Shown: positions 1 to 9,538, counted from the stretch's first letter. The stretch is DNA of 64,000 nt from Akkermansiaceae bacterium (GCA_031431855.1 JANPEG010000067.1:23770-87769); one strand, 5' to 3'. The notes: generated by a model from the letters alone, not told the origin. A program made the numbers and translations.

Positions 1-731
1 ACGTTCGCAACACTAGCGAGATCGGACTTTTTAAAATCAAATCCGAAGGAGCGATCGCATCCGGCGTGCGCCGTATTGAGGCTGCTTGTGGGGAATCGGC
101 TTGGGAATACATTCGTGAGTCGATCGAGAAATGGGATAGCGAACTCAAAGCGGCGGCAGAGAAACTCAAAGCCGCCAACGAGAAGCTGGCCGAACTTGGT
201 GAAGAGATCATTACCGTCAACGAGTTCCCACACATCATGGGCGCTATGCTGGTTGAGCGTGCGGATATTTCCCAGATCAACGCAACCTACGCTCATGGGT
301 TGCGCACTTTGGAAGAAACCAAAGAAGCGGCCATTGAGGCCGAGAAGCGCATTAAGAAAATCCAGTCATCTCAAGCAGCCTCGCTCGCTGACGAAGCGCT
401 TGCCGATCTCATCGCGAAAGGTGAGTCTATCATCGCTTCCTTCGAGTCCGATGCATCATTGCTCCAGGAATTGCAAAACGGCCTGAAGAAGAAAAACTTC
501 GGCGGAGCAGCGTTGTTAATCGTCGATGACGGCGAAAAACTCCACCTCGCCACCCACTGCGGAGCCGATGCTCTAACAGCTGGCCTAAAAGCCGGTGATC
601 TTCTTCGCGACCTCGCCGCCATCGCCGGCGGCAAAGGCGGCGGTAAGCCAGATCAAGCAAGAGGAGCCGCGCCTGATCGGAGTAAGCTCGAAGAGATCAA
701 GGTGGCTGCGACTCAGCTTTTTCAAAACTAA
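1..731 (+). CDS. alaS: Alanine--tRNA ligase, C-terminal part (5' end outside window)
   Basis: The frame is open from position 3 (VRNTSEIGLFKIKSEGAIASGVRRIEA), matching the tRNA_SAD motif. It ends in a DHHA1/C-Ala domain (GGKGGGKPDQARG). Confidence 0.95.
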   Translation, partial: VRNTSEIGLFKIKSEGAIASGVRRIEAACGESAWEYIRESIEKWDSELKAAAEKLKAANEKLAELGEEIITVNEFPHIMGAMLVERADISQINATYAHGLRTLEETKEAAIEAEKRIKKIQSSQAASLADEALADLIAKGESIIASFESDASLLQELQNGLKKKNFGGAALLIVDDGEKLHLATHCGADALTAGLKAGDLLRDLAAIAGGKGGGKPDQARGAAPDRSKLEEIKVAATQLFQN

Positions 732-766
732 ATTTTCCTATTCTTACTAACTTAATCCCCCGACCT

Positions 767-1420
767 ATGAAAACCATCGCACTTACTATCCTATCTTGTT
801 CAAGCCTGTTGTTCGCTCAAGCGGCTCCTCAGGCAGTAAAGAATGAATTCCAATTCGTGATCGAAGGAGTGAACTGTGTGGTCAAGGTATACAAGCCTGT
901 TGAGCCCATCATCTTTGATCCTTTGGTGAACAAAGACACACTTCCGAAATCTCAGATGTTTCAATCGATCATGCTGACACAATCCGATATTTCGTCTTAC
1001 ATGAACGATGAAGAGTTATCTAAATTCATAGAATCAGAATTATTAAAAGAGGATAGCAAGAAGGAGGATCTCGAAGAGTTCCGAACAAGTATGAAAAAAA
1101 TGTATGCGCTTACAGGTCCTAATGCAGAGGAGAATCCATGGAAGGGAATGAAATATTCGCTCGATCAAGTTTTCATCATAGAATCAAAGTTAGGAAAATA
1201 TTTGGCCTATCAATTGTCTCCTCAAGGTACAAAGGAAGCTAACGGTCATGTATCTAGCATCAGAAACCAAGAAGATGACAGGTGGGTGATGGGTGAAACT
1301 AAAGATGAAACGATTGATAAGTTTGAACAGTCTCTCACATCTATGATCCCTAAAGAGTTCGATAAATTACAAAAGGAGTCGGCGGTAGCTACATTGCCGC
1401 TTGAGGATTTACTGAAATGA
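767..1420 (+). CDS. Hypothetical exported protein
   Basis: 217-aa ORF with a signal peptide (MKTIALTILSCSSLLFAQA). AT-richer than its flanks; no family recognised. Confidence 0.7.
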   Translation: MKTIALTILSCSSLLFAQAAPQAVKNEFQFVIEGVNCVVKVYKPVEPIIFDPLVNKDTLPKSQMFQSIMLTQSDISSYMNDEELSKFIESELLKEDSKKEDLEEFRTSMKKMYALTGPNAEENPWKGMKYSLDQVFIIESKLGKYLAYQLSPQGTKEANGHVSSIRNQEDDRWVMGETKDETIDKFEQSLTSMIPKEFDKLQKESAVATLPLEDLLK

Positions 1421-1444
1421 AACGCTGTTTAAGTAAGTCAGTCG

Positions 1445-1852
1445 TTAAATCGCTATCACTTGTAACAATCGCTGATTCTCATTCCAACGAATGATTTTTT
1501 CATCCGCAGTAATAAGGGGGATTCCTAAAGTCATCGCTGTTGCTACGATGATGCGGTCAGCTGGATCACCGTGAAAATCGGGCAACCGACTACTCGCGAT
1601 GCAAATCTCAGGTGTTAGAGGACTCAAGGTAACCGGGGATTCCAGGTTTTCTGAAAACCAGCTGGCTTCATCTGGCTTTAGTTCTAACCGACCCTTCATC
1701 GATAGCATCGAGACCTCCCATAGTGAGATGGCTGATACGACAGCGACACCCGAAAAATTCTCAAGCGTTCGAGCGCGTGAATCGCCGGCCGACATCCACA
1801 CCCAAGCATGGGTGTCTAAAACAGCAGCAACTAGGGATTCAATGTTCAGCAT
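1445..1852 (-). CDS. vapC: PIN-domain (VapC-family) toxin
   Basis: Motifs LDTHAWVW, SAISLWE and HGDPADRIIVATA. ATG at 1852 overlaps the antitoxin 3' end. Confidence 0.9.
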   Translation of the reverse strand: MLNIESLVAAVLDTHAWVWMSAGDSRARTLENFSGVAVVSAISLWEVSMLSMKGRLELKPDEASWFSENLESPVTLSPLTPEICIASSRLPDFHGDPADRIIVATAMTLGIPLITADEKIIRWNENQRLLQVIAI

Positions 1853-2063
1853 CCCAAGATTCTCCCGTGTTAAAAATATCACCAGAAATCAAAGTCGTTT
1901 GCTTTGATCGACCAAAAATTTTTCCTGAATTGCCTGATGAAATCGGTATCAACTCCGCAGCGGGACGTCCGTGCCGGGTGATGATGATACGAGATTTTTC
2001 CTTCTGTACCTTTTCAATGATTCCTAGGCACTTGGCCTTGAATTGGGTAACGGTGATGTCCAT
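1839..2063 (-). CDS. Phd/YefM-family antitoxin
   Basis: ITVTQFKAKCLGIIEKV...IIITRHGRPAAELIP is the Phd/YefM signature; it lies directly upstream of the PIN toxin. Confidence 0.9.
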   Translation of the reverse strand: MDITVTQFKAKCLGIIEKVQKEKSRIIITRHGRPAAELIPISSGNSGKIFGRSKQTTLISGDIFNTGESWDAEH

Positions 2064-2097
2064 GTAGTAACCATAGTCATACCATAGTCATTTTCAA
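2064..2097 (-). promoter_or_regulatory. Putative TA promoter/operator with an 11-bp tandem repeat
   Basis: Minus strand reads TTGAAA-16 nt-TATGGT, 6 nt before the ATG. ATGACTATGGT occurs twice in tandem (2070-2091). Confidence 0.6.
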
Positions 2098-2105
2098 GGA
2101 GATTT

Positions 2106-2543
2106 TCAGGATTTCCGCTCATCCAGCCTGCCCTCCGCATAAGCAGTGAAGACTTTCAAAATCTCGTCACGGACACGGAGGAAGACGGCGAATTGTTCTT
2201 CCTCGGTTCCGGTGGCGTGGGCGGGATCGTCGAAGGGCCAGTGGTGGCGGTTCATTTGGCCGGGGAACATCGGGCAGGCTTGGTCGGCGTTGCCGCAGAC
2301 GGTGATGACGGTTTCGACCTGATCATCAAGGAAAAGATCCATGTGTTTCGAGTGATGGCCGGTGGCGTCGATGCCGATTTCTTCCAACGCGCGGATCGCG
2401 AGCGGATGAACGTATCCAGCGGGTTTCGAGCCGGCGCTTTCGACGCGAAACGTTTCCCCAAGCGCGCGGCGCAGGATGGCTTCGGCAAGATGGGAGCGGC
2501 AGGAATTTCCGGTGCAGAGAATAAGAATGGCGGGTGGTTTCAT
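2106..2543 (-). CDS. arsC: Arsenate reductase, LMW-PTPase (thioredoxin-coupled) type
   Basis: CTGNSCR P-loop, VITVC, ACP and HWPFDDP motifs. ATG at 2543 overlaps the aquaporin TGA; ars operon context. Confidence 0.9.
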   Translation of the reverse strand: MKPPAILILCTGNSCRSHLAEAILRRALGETFRVESAGSKPAGYVHPLAIRALEEIGIDATGHHSKHMDLFLDDQVETVITVCGNADQACPMFPGQMNRHHWPFDDPAHATGTEEEQFAVFLRVRDEILKVFTAYAEGRLDERKS

Positions 2544-3196
2544 GGGGTAGATTCTGGTTTGTGACTGATTCGATAAAGCGGAATGGCAATGATGGCGCCG
2601 ATGATGGTTGCGACGGGGTAGAGCCAGATGTGATTGAAATTCCAACTGACTAATGCGGGACCCAGTGAGCGAGCTGGATTCATCGATGCACCACAAATCG
2701 GTCCGGCGAACATGGCTTCAAGTCCCACCACGGAACCGATCGCAATCGCTGCCGTGATGCCTTTTTCCTTAGCCCCATGCGACACGCTAAGGATGGTGAG
2801 CATGAGGATGGCTGTTAGAATGATCTCCAGAAAAAAGCTTTGGGATGGATCGCCTGATGGAAGCGTCATGCCGAGTGATTCGGAGCTAGGAAATAAAAGT
2901 TTCAGCAATCCACTTGCACTCAAGGCACCTAGCATCTGGGCCGTGATGTAACCAAGTAAATCAGCGGCGGGAAATCGGCCCGCAATCGCAAAGCCGATCG
3001 ATACCGCGGGATTGAAATGCGCGCCACTCGCATCTCCAAACGTGTAAATCATCGCGGCAACAACCAATCCGAAGGTGAGAGCCACACCTGCATGACCGAT
3101 CACTCCGCCGGAAATTTCATTCACAACGATTGCGCCCGTTCCTGCGAAGACGAGAACGAAAGTGCCGAGAAATTCCGCAATAAACCGATGTTTCAT
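2540..3196 (-). CDS. MIP-family aquaporin/aquaglyceroporin (AqpS-like arsenite channel)
   Basis: Two NPA motifs ([17 protein letters not shown]), six hydrophobic segments, located inside the ars operon. Confidence 0.9.
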   Translation of the reverse strand: MKHRFIAEFLGTFVLVFAGTGAIVVNEISGGVIGHAGVALTFGLVVAAMIYTFGDASGAHFNPAVSIGFAIAGRFPAADLLGYITAQMLGALSASGLLKLLFPSSESLGMTLPSGDPSQSFFLEIILTAILMLTILSVSHGAKEKGITAAIAIGSVVGLEAMFAGPICGASMNPARSLGPALVSWNFNHIWLYPVATIIGAIIAIPLYRISHKPESTP

Positions 3197-3199
3197 GGT

Positions 3200-3676
3200 T
3201 CAGCAGCAGTTGGGTTTGCAGCAGGAGGCTTTTTCGCCAAGAGCAGGGAGTCGGGTGATAGCAGGAAGTCCGCAAAGTTCCGGCGCGAGGCACTCGGTGT
3301 GTTTGTGGGCGAGTTGGAGAATGACAGCTTCATCGGTCAGCTCATGTTCCGTGATGGTGTATTGCGAAATGACATGGTCCTCGTATTCGATCTCGACCGG
3401 TACGGAATCGTCGGGCAGCAGGGTTTTCCCTTTTTCGAGGATGCCTGCCATTTTTCCGGTTTCGATGCGGTGGTCGTAATCCTCGCCGACCCAGATCTGA
3501 AGTTGGCAGGTGTTGGTTTCACGCTTCGTTCCACCGCAATCGAGGAACGTTTTCTGCACATGGCCTATCTCGGTGACGTGGAAGGAAAGCGGGACAGCGG
3601 AGTCGTCGGGAAGGCGGATGCGAAAATGCCGATCCGGATGGGAGGCGAGCAGGGATGTGAGTTCGGAAAGTTTCAT
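3200..3676 (-). CDS. DUF6428-like protein with Cys-rich C-terminus
   Basis: FHVTEIG, FLDCGG and YDHR motifs; tail CLAPELC...SCCKPNCC. Family recognised from memory. Confidence 0.7.
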   Translation of the reverse strand: MKLSELTSLLASHPDRHFRIRLPDDSAVPLSFHVTEIGHVQKTFLDCGGTKRETNTCQLQIWVGEDYDHRIETGKMAGILEKGKTLLPDDSVPVEIEYEDHVISQYTITEHELTDEAVILQLAHKHTECLAPELCGLPAITRLPALGEKASCCKPNCC

Positions 3677-3688
3677 GATTGGGTTGGG

Positions 3689-4057
3689 TTAGCGTTTCAA
3701 CGCTTTGGCGAGTTTCACCGGGCCGGGGCAGCAACTGTCCGCGCGATCGGCAAGGCGGGCTTCGGCTTTTTCCATGTCGGATGCGTGGTCGGTGCCGTCG
3801 GGAAAAGTCGCGATGATTTTGGTGAGCAGCGGGAGATGGGTTTTGTTGATGCGGAAGTAAGTCCATTTTCCACATTGCTCGCTTTCGAGCATTCCTGCCT
3901 TGCGAATGATCTGCACGTGGCTGGAAACGGAGGATTGCGGCATTTCCAAAATATCCGCGAGTTCGCAGACGCAAAGCGCTCGATCCTTCACAAGACGGAC
4001 AATGCGCCAGCGGGTGTCGTCGGCAAGGGCGCGGAAGAAGGAAGGGGCGGAATTCAT
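3689..4057 (-). CDS. arsR: ArsR/SmtB-family As(III)-responsive repressor
   Basis: FRALADDTRWRI, LCVCEL box, HTH segment SVSSHVQII, C-terminal CC. Confidence 0.9.
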   Translation of the reverse strand: MNSAPSFFRALADDTRWRIVRLVKDRALCVCELADILEMPQSSVSSHVQIIRKAGMLESEQCGKWTYFRINKTHLPLLTKIIATFPDGTDHASDMEKAEARLADRADSCCPGPVKLAKALKR

Positions 4058-4098
4058 CGTGACGAAAAATAACGTGACGAGAAATTTCGTTATGTCAA
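4058..4098 (-). promoter_or_regulatory. Putative ars promoter and ArsR operator
   Basis: TTGACA on the minus strand at 4098-4093. Inverted repeat ATAACG-N13-CGTTAT (4069-4093) and CGTGACGA twice, immediately upstream of the arsR ATG. Confidence 0.6.
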
Positions 4099-4231
4099 GG
4101 TCTGTCTTTTTCTACGAGCCATAAATGCCAAACCCATCTATCCTAATACCTCACAAGCATTTTCCTCGCATTCATTATTCTGCCAACTAGGTTCAAGTGA
4201 TCATTCTCTTTAGCCTTTTCAAATTCCCATT

Positions 4232-5560
4232 ATGACGAAGCAAGTAATCCGCGTCTTTTTTCTCGCTCTCGCAGCATCGTTGCTCAGTGCCTGTGAGAAA
4301 AAAGAGCCAGCAGTAAAAGTTGAACACGATATTACCGTCGAAGTGGCGCCAGTTGAAGCCCCGCCTGTGACGGTGACGCCTGTTGCTGCGATACCCGTTG
4401 TTGTGACTTCAGCTGGCATGACACGAGGTGGGAAACCATACTTCGTGCAAGGTGTTGGCGGAGATACAAGATTGGCGGAGCTTGCGACACGTGGCGGCAA
4501 TTCCATACGCACTTGGTCAACCAATGGCCTCGACAAAGTTCTCGATGAGGCGCAGTCGCTCGGCCTGACCGTTAGTGCGGGAATCTGGTTGGAAAGCGAG
4601 TGCAGTTGGTTCTCCTATAAAAATCCTGAACACTGCGCCAAACAAACCGAGCGAGTGAGGAAAGAGGTGACTCAATACCGCGATCATCCCGCTCTTCTTG
4701 CATGGGGAATCGGCAATGAGTCGGAAGGCGACGGCACGGATACGGAATATTGGCAGCAACTCGATCGCCTCGCTATCTTGGTGCGCGAGCTTGATCCCAA
4801 TCATCCGCATTTTACTGCAGTCGCAGGGCTGAATCCTAACAAGACCAAAGCGTTAAACGCACACACACCCAATCTGGATTTTGTCGGAGTGAACACCTAC
4901 GGCGGGGTTTTCGGAGTTCGTGAACATCTGAAAAAAGTGGAATGGAAGCGTCCGTGGATGCTAACAGAATGGGGTCCACGCGGGTTTTGGGAGAGTAAAA
5001 AGACCAGCTTCGGAGCTCCCATGGAGCAAACCAGTGCTGAGAAAGCCGATATGATGCGCAAAGCTTACAAGGAAGTTTTGACTCCGGGTGATGGCTTCCT
5101 AGGCAACTACGCCTTCGTTTGGGGATGGAAATTCGAGGCCAGCGCCACATGGTTCGGTCTTTATACTCATGAGGGCGAAACCACTGCCTCTGTCGACGTA
5201 TTAGAGGAAATGTGGACAGGCCGCATGCCTGCTAATCGTGCGCCTGTCGTGAAGTCGATTACATCAACCGCCAAGACCGCGGTCGCTCCGGGCGCCGTCT
5301 TCAGTGCCGAGGTCTCTGCCACCGATCCAGATCAAGATGTCCTATCTTTGCATTGGGCAATGCTTCCCGAACTCCAAGGGCATCAACACAATACGAATAA
5401 AAAAATACCGGTATTCCTAGAGGGTGTAATTGAGGATCCTTCAAAATTAAACGTATCAGTTAAAGCTCCTGAAAAACCGGGAGTTTATCGACTCTATGTA
5501 TGGGTTAAGGACGGTAAAGGCCACGCTGCCACTGCCAACCAACCGTTTGAGGTGCGTTGA
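4232..5560 (+). CDS. Glycoside hydrolase lipoprotein, GH2 TIM-barrel-like (clan GH-A)
   Basis: Lipobox LLSAC, WGIGNE acid/base motif, MLTEWG nucleophile motif, C-terminal Ig/PKD-like segment. Confidence 0.75.
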   Translation: MTKQVIRVFFLALAASLLSACEKKEPAVKVEHDITVEVAPVEAPPVTVTPVAAIPVVVTSAGMTRGGKPYFVQGVGGDTRLAELATRGGNSIRTWSTNGLDKVLDEAQSLGLTVSAGIWLESECSWFSYKNPEHCAKQTERVRKEVTQYRDHPALLAWGIGNESEGDGTDTEYWQQLDRLAILVRELDPNHPHFTAVAGLNPNKTKALNAHTPNLDFVGVNTYGGVFGVREHLKKVEWKRPWMLTEWGPRGFWESKKTSFGAPMEQTSAEKADMMRKAYKEVLTPGDGFLGNYAFVWGWKFEASATWFGLYTHEGETTASVDVLEEMWTGRMPANRAPVVKSITSTAKTAVAPGAVFSAEVSATDPDQDVLSLHWAMLPELQGHQHNTNKKIPVFLEGVIEDPSKLNVSVKAPEKPGVYRLYVWVKDGKGHAATANQPFEVR

Positions 5561-5665
5561 GCTTATTCAAAAATTCAAAACTCTTTTCTAGAGAATGTTT
5601 TTGAGGTGGTAAATTTCATGTTAGAAATCAAATGCTCCATAGGAAAGAGTATGAAATAACATAAT

Positions 5666-5700
5666 AAAAAACCTGCAGTCAGACGAATCCGACGGCAGGT
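5666..5700 (-). terminator. Intrinsic terminator of the EF-hand gene
   Basis: Hairpin ACCTGC.GTC...GAC.GCAGGT followed by a T-run on the minus strand, about 30 nt after the stop. Confidence 0.55.
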
Positions 5701-5729
5701 TTGAGTGAATTACTCACAGATGAGGAATC

Positions 5730-6062
5730 TTATTCCGCAGGAGCGTCCTTTTTGTCACTAGGTTTTTCACCGTGATGCTTCTTATGTTCCTTGGCAAAAT
5801 TGATCATCTCTTCGGGGCTTAAATCGTTGCTACCATCAGCATCGATTTTCTTGAAGATTTCAGCAGCTCGCTCAGGGTTTTCTTTACCACGAGGGGTTGC
5901 TTGAAACTCGGAAAGGCTGATGGTGCCGCTGCTGTCGCTATCCGCTTTATCAAAGCGCTCACGTGGATTGTGTTTCTTGTGTTTTTCGCTTCCTTCCTCT
6001 TCGGCGATGGTCATACCGACCGACAGAACAAGGGCGCTTAGGATTGCAATGGATGTTTTCAT
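5730..6062 (-). CDS. Secreted EF-hand calcium-binding protein
   Basis: Signal peptide and two EF loops (DSDSSGTISLSE, DADGSNDLSPEE). Confidence 0.85.
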   Translation of the reverse strand: MKTSIAILSALVLSVGMTIAEEEGSEKHKKHNPRERFDKADSDSSGTISLSEFQATPRGKENPERAAEIFKKIDADGSNDLSPEEMINFAKEHKKHHGEKPSDKKDAPAE

Positions 6063-6266
6063 AGTTGATTGGAGTTAGGGATTGATTGGACGAGCTAAGA
6101 AGAGCTCGTGCTTACGAATGATCAAACCACCCACTGCAGAGGAAGTTGCAAAAAAAATTCAGATCTATGAGTTTCGAGCAACGACGCATTCATCATTCGC
6201 TTTGATTTACGAATGATAATTGAATATTTTAAACTGAAGTATAAAAGGCAGAAACGCCGCTTTTCC

Positions 6267-7547
6267 TTATTGCTGCCTTGCCACGGCTTTTAAGCGTAGC
6301 GCATTGAGAGCGATGAAGCCGGTGGCGTCGTCTTGGTTGTAGGCTTGTTCTTGACCGCCTTCCATGGTGGCGATGGCTTCGGAATACATGCTGTGAGGAC
6401 TGCGGCGACCGGCTTGCATGACGTTGCCTTTGTAGAGTTTCATGCGGACTTCACCGGAAACTTTTTTCTGGGTTTCAGTGACGAGGGCTTGGATGGCTTC
6501 GCGCTCGGGAGCGAACCAGAATCCGTTGTAAACGAGTTGCGCGTATTTCGGGATGAGGGAATCGCGGATGTGCATGGCTTCGCGATCGACGACGAGGGTT
6601 TCGAGGTCGCGGTGGGCGGCGAGTAGAATCGTGCCGCCGGGGGTTTCGTAGATGCCGCGGGATTTCATGCCGACGAAGCGGTTCTCGACGATATCGACGC
6701 GGCCGATGCCGTTTCGTCCGCCTAACAGGTTAAGCACGCGCATGACGCCGTAGGCATTGAGGAGGGTGTAGCCGTCTTGTTGGCCGGTGGCCTTGACATC
6801 GCCGAGTTCGGTGAGGAGGGCATCGATGTTGGTGTGTTTCAAACCGATGGCGTTGCCTTTATCAAAAAGGATTTCGATGTATTCGGCGGCGTCGGGAGCG
6901 TCTTCCGGGGAAACGGAAAGGACATACATATCGGTGTCAGCTGGAGTGGTGGCGTCGTACCAAGGATCCTCCATGGCACCGGCTTCGAAGGAGATGTGGA
7001 GGAGGTTCCGATCCATGGAGTAGGGTTTCTTCATAGATGCTTTGATGGGGATGTTGTTAGCCTCGGCGAAGGCGATCATTTCGGCACGACCGGGGAATTG
7101 TTTGCGGAACTCCGCATCACGCCATGGAGCGATGCATTTGATGTTCGGCGCGAGGGCTGCGGCGGAGAGCTCGAAGCGGACTTGGTCGTTACCTTTTCCA
7201 GTGGCGCCGTGAGCGATGGCATCGGCACCTTCGGCGATGGCGATTTTGATCATGTCTGCGGTGATGCAGGGGCGGGCGATGGAAGTGCCTAACAGGTAGC
7301 GGCCTTCATAGATCGCGCCGGCTTGGATCATGGGGAAGATGTAGTTTTGAGCGAAGTCTTGTTTGAGATCGCCGATGTAGCATTTGGATGCGCCGGTGGA
7401 GAGGGCTTTGGCTTCGAGGCCGTCGAGTTCATCGCCTTGGCCGACGTCTGCACAGTAGGCGATGATTTCCGCGTTGTATTTTTCTTTGAGCCAGAGGAGG
7501 AGGACTGAGGTATCGAGACCTCCGGAGTATGCGACGACGATTTTCAT
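6267..7547 (-). CDS. argG: Argininosuccinate synthase
   Basis: [23 protein letters not shown] and YSMDRNLLH motifs. Confidence 0.97.
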   Translation of the reverse strand: MKIVVAYSGGLDTSVLLLWLKEKYNAEIIAYCADVGQGDELDGLEAKALSTGASKCYIGDLKQDFAQNYIFPMIQAGAIYEGRYLLGTSIARPCITADMIKIAIAEGADAIAHGATGKGNDQVRFELSAAALAPNIKCIAPWRDAEFRKQFPGRAEMIAFAEANNIPIKASMKKPYSMDRNLLHISFEAGAMEDPWYDATTPADTDMYVLSVSPEDAPDAAEYIEILFDKGNAIGLKHTNIDALLTELGDVKATGQQDGYTLLNAYGVMRVLNLLGGRNGIGRVDIVENRFVGMKSRGIYETPGGTILLAAHRDLETLVVDREAMHIRDSLIPKYAQLVYNGFWFAPEREAIQALVTETQKKVSGEVRMKLYKGNVMQAGRRSPHSMYSEAIATMEGGQEQAYNQDDATGFIALNALRLKAVARQQ

Positions 7548-7652
7548 AAAAATTCAAATTTCAAAGTTCAACTATCAAGGAAGAGCTGGTTCTTCGGGGC
7601 GGAGACTAATGTGGGAGATGTGGGAGGGAAGCGGAAATTTGCGCTGGGCCTG

Positions 7653-7688
7653 AAAAAAAGCCGGCTTCCTTGTGGGAGAGCCGGCTTG
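7653..7688 (-). terminator. Intrinsic terminator of the Lys/Ala-rich gene
   Basis: Hairpin AAGCCGGCT...AGCCGGCTT with a T7 run on the minus strand. Confidence 0.75.
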
Positions 7689-7719
7689 GTTGATGAGTTG
7701 ATAAAAAGTTGGATTAGCC

Positions 7720-7986
7720 TCAGGCGGAATCGGTTTTCTTGGCGACTTTTTTCGCGGCCTTTTTGGCAGGTGCTTTTTTGGCGGCAGGAGCTTTTTTCGC
7801 TACGGCCTTTTTGGCAGGAGCTGCTTTAGCGGCGGTTGGCGCGTCAGATTTCACCGCCGGTTTCGGGGTGGCTTTCTTGACGGTGACTTTTGGAAGGATG
7901 CCGCCGAGCTTGGTAGCTTCCTTTTTACGCTTAAGATAATCCACACGGCGGCGGCGTTTGATGATTTTGTTTGATTGCTGACCCAT
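7720..7986 (-). CDS. Small basic histone H1-like (AKK/PAKK repeat) protein
   Basis: 88 aa from ATG 7986: MGQQSNKIIKRRRRVDYLKRKK followed by AAPAKKAVAKKAPAAKK repeats; has its own terminator. Confidence 0.8.
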   Translation of the reverse strand: MGQQSNKIIKRRRRVDYLKRKKEATKLGGILPKVTVKKATPKPAVKSDAPTAAKAAPAKKAVAKKAPAAKKAPAKKAAKKVAKKTDSA

Positions 7987-8055
7987 AATTGCTGGAACTT
8001 GGCTAAGGCACTTCATGAGCCGTATCAAGCCGAATCTGCAAATCCTTTTCATCCC

Positions 8056-8592
8056 GTGTTTTCCACCGAAGCCATCCTGATACGAACCACTCGCCTGACT
8101 GAGACGAGTTTGATCGTGCATTGGTTGAGTGAGGATGAGGGTTTGATCAAGACTGTGGCTAAAGGGGCGCTGCGTCCGAAGAGCGTGTTTGCGGGGAAAT
8201 TGGACTTATTTTTCTCAGGGGAGATCTTGTTTGCGAAGTCCCGGCAGAGCGAGCTGCACGCGTTGCGGGAGGTATCGATTTCCAACTGGCGTCAGGGATT
8301 GAGGCGAAGTTACGCGACGACCTTGATGGCGGGATATTTTTGTCAGTTGGTGGAGGCGGCATTGGAGTCGAACCATCCGGAGCCAGAAATATTTGATTTA
8401 TTGAGGCGAGGGCTAGATCATTTGGATGGGGAAACGGCGAGTTTGCGGGCGTTGCAACATTTTGAGCGGCAGTTCGCGGTCATTTTGGGGGTTTCCCGGG
8501 AAAACCGAGAGGCTGAGCAGGCGCTTTGTGATCATTTGGGAGCGTTACCTAGTAGCCGGAGCAAGTTAGTGGAAGATTTGACGACCGGCTAA
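8056..8592 (+). CDS. recO: DNA repair protein RecO
   Basis: RecO_N OB-fold pattern (TEAILIRT...ETSLIV...GLIKTVAKGALRPKS.FAGKLDLF). GTG start inferred. Confidence 0.85.
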   Translation: MFSTEAILIRTTRLTETSLIVHWLSEDEGLIKTVAKGALRPKSVFAGKLDLFFSGEILFAKSRQSELHALREVSISNWRQGLRRSYATTLMAGYFCQLVEAALESNHPEPEIFDLLRRGLDHLDGETASLRALQHFERQFAVILGVSRENREAEQALCDHLGALPSSRSKLVEDLTTG

Positions 8593-8650
8593 AGATTTCC
8601 GCTAGTCAATTTCAGATAAAGAAGTTTAGCATAACGCAAATACTTCAATT

Positions 8651-9538
8651 ATGGATAAGCCGACTGCCAATTTAATTCAAATCATGCGTGATCGTGTGAC
8701 GACTTTGCACAAGCAAGGTAACCTCAAGGAGGCGTTGCATGCTGCGAATGCGTCGGTAGAAAAGTGCGAGCAGTTGCTTAGTCCAGAACCCGAATCGATT
8801 TATGCATTTGTGGGAAGCATGGAAGATAGAGCTGGGATTTACATGGATATGGGTGAATACGGCAACGCGCTCGATGATGCGAAGCATGGAATTGATCAGC
8901 TAGATGGTAGTAAGCGCTTTGATCAGTTGGGCCGGTTGTATGCGACGTTGGGCGCTGCATATGATGGATTAGGCCAATATGACCGAGTGATTTCTTCTTG
9001 GGAAAACGCGGTCAGTAATTTTGAGAAGAACGACCCTCCGATGATGATGGATGTTGCTGCGATCATCAATAATTTGGGCTTTACGGCTAAGTCCGCTGGA
9101 AATTTGGATGCTGCGGAGGATTATTTTTTGAGAGCATTAGAGATCATGCATTCTGTCATTGGGCAAAAGCATCCACAGACGGCTTCGGTTTCAAATAATC
9201 TCGGTGCTGTTTATTTAGCGGCTGGATATGTGGAGCAAGCGCGTGAAATGCACATGATGGCATTGGAGACGCGCACTGAGTTGTTTGGAGATCACCATCC
9301 GGACACTGCGCAATCGCATAATAATTTAGCGTTGGCTTTGTTACAAACGGGTGACCGAGACTGGGCGAGAAAGCATTTTGAAAAAGCTCTCGAAGGTTTT
9401 GAAGCTCTGGGGAAAGAGTATGATGAAGATCTTGAGGCGGTCGCCTCGAACTTCTGTGATTTCCTGCGCACACAGAGCGATGCTAAGCTAGCCGACATTA
9501 TTCAAAATCGCGTGAAAACGCGTGTCTCCAAGCATTAA
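8651..9538 (+). CDS. Tetratricopeptide repeat protein (kinesin-light-chain-like TPRs)
   Basis: Repeated HP.TA.(S/V).NNL(G/A) units. Confidence 0.85.
   Translation: MDKPTANLIQIMRDRVTTLHKQGNLKEALHAANASVEKCEQLLSPEPESIYAFVGSMEDRAGIYMDMGEYGNALDDAKHGIDQLDGSKRFDQLGRLYATLGAAYDGLGQYDRVISSWENAVSNFEKNDPPMMMDVAAIINNLGFTAKSAGNLDAAEDYFLRALEIMHSVIGQKHPQTASVSNNLGAVYLAAGYVEQAREMHMMALETRTELFGDHHPDTAQSHNNLALALLQTGDRDWARKHFEKALEGFEALGKEYDEDLEAVASNFCDFLRTQSDAKLADIIQNRVKTRVSKH

Noticed and set aside
702-713. 12-nt match GTGGCTGCGACT between the alaS 3' end and the REP at 19959
   Set aside because: Too short and lacks the hairpin partner; plausibly chance.
3017-4072. 351-aa plus-strand ORF
   Set aside because: It is the antisense shadow of the motif-bearing ars genes and has no motifs of its own.
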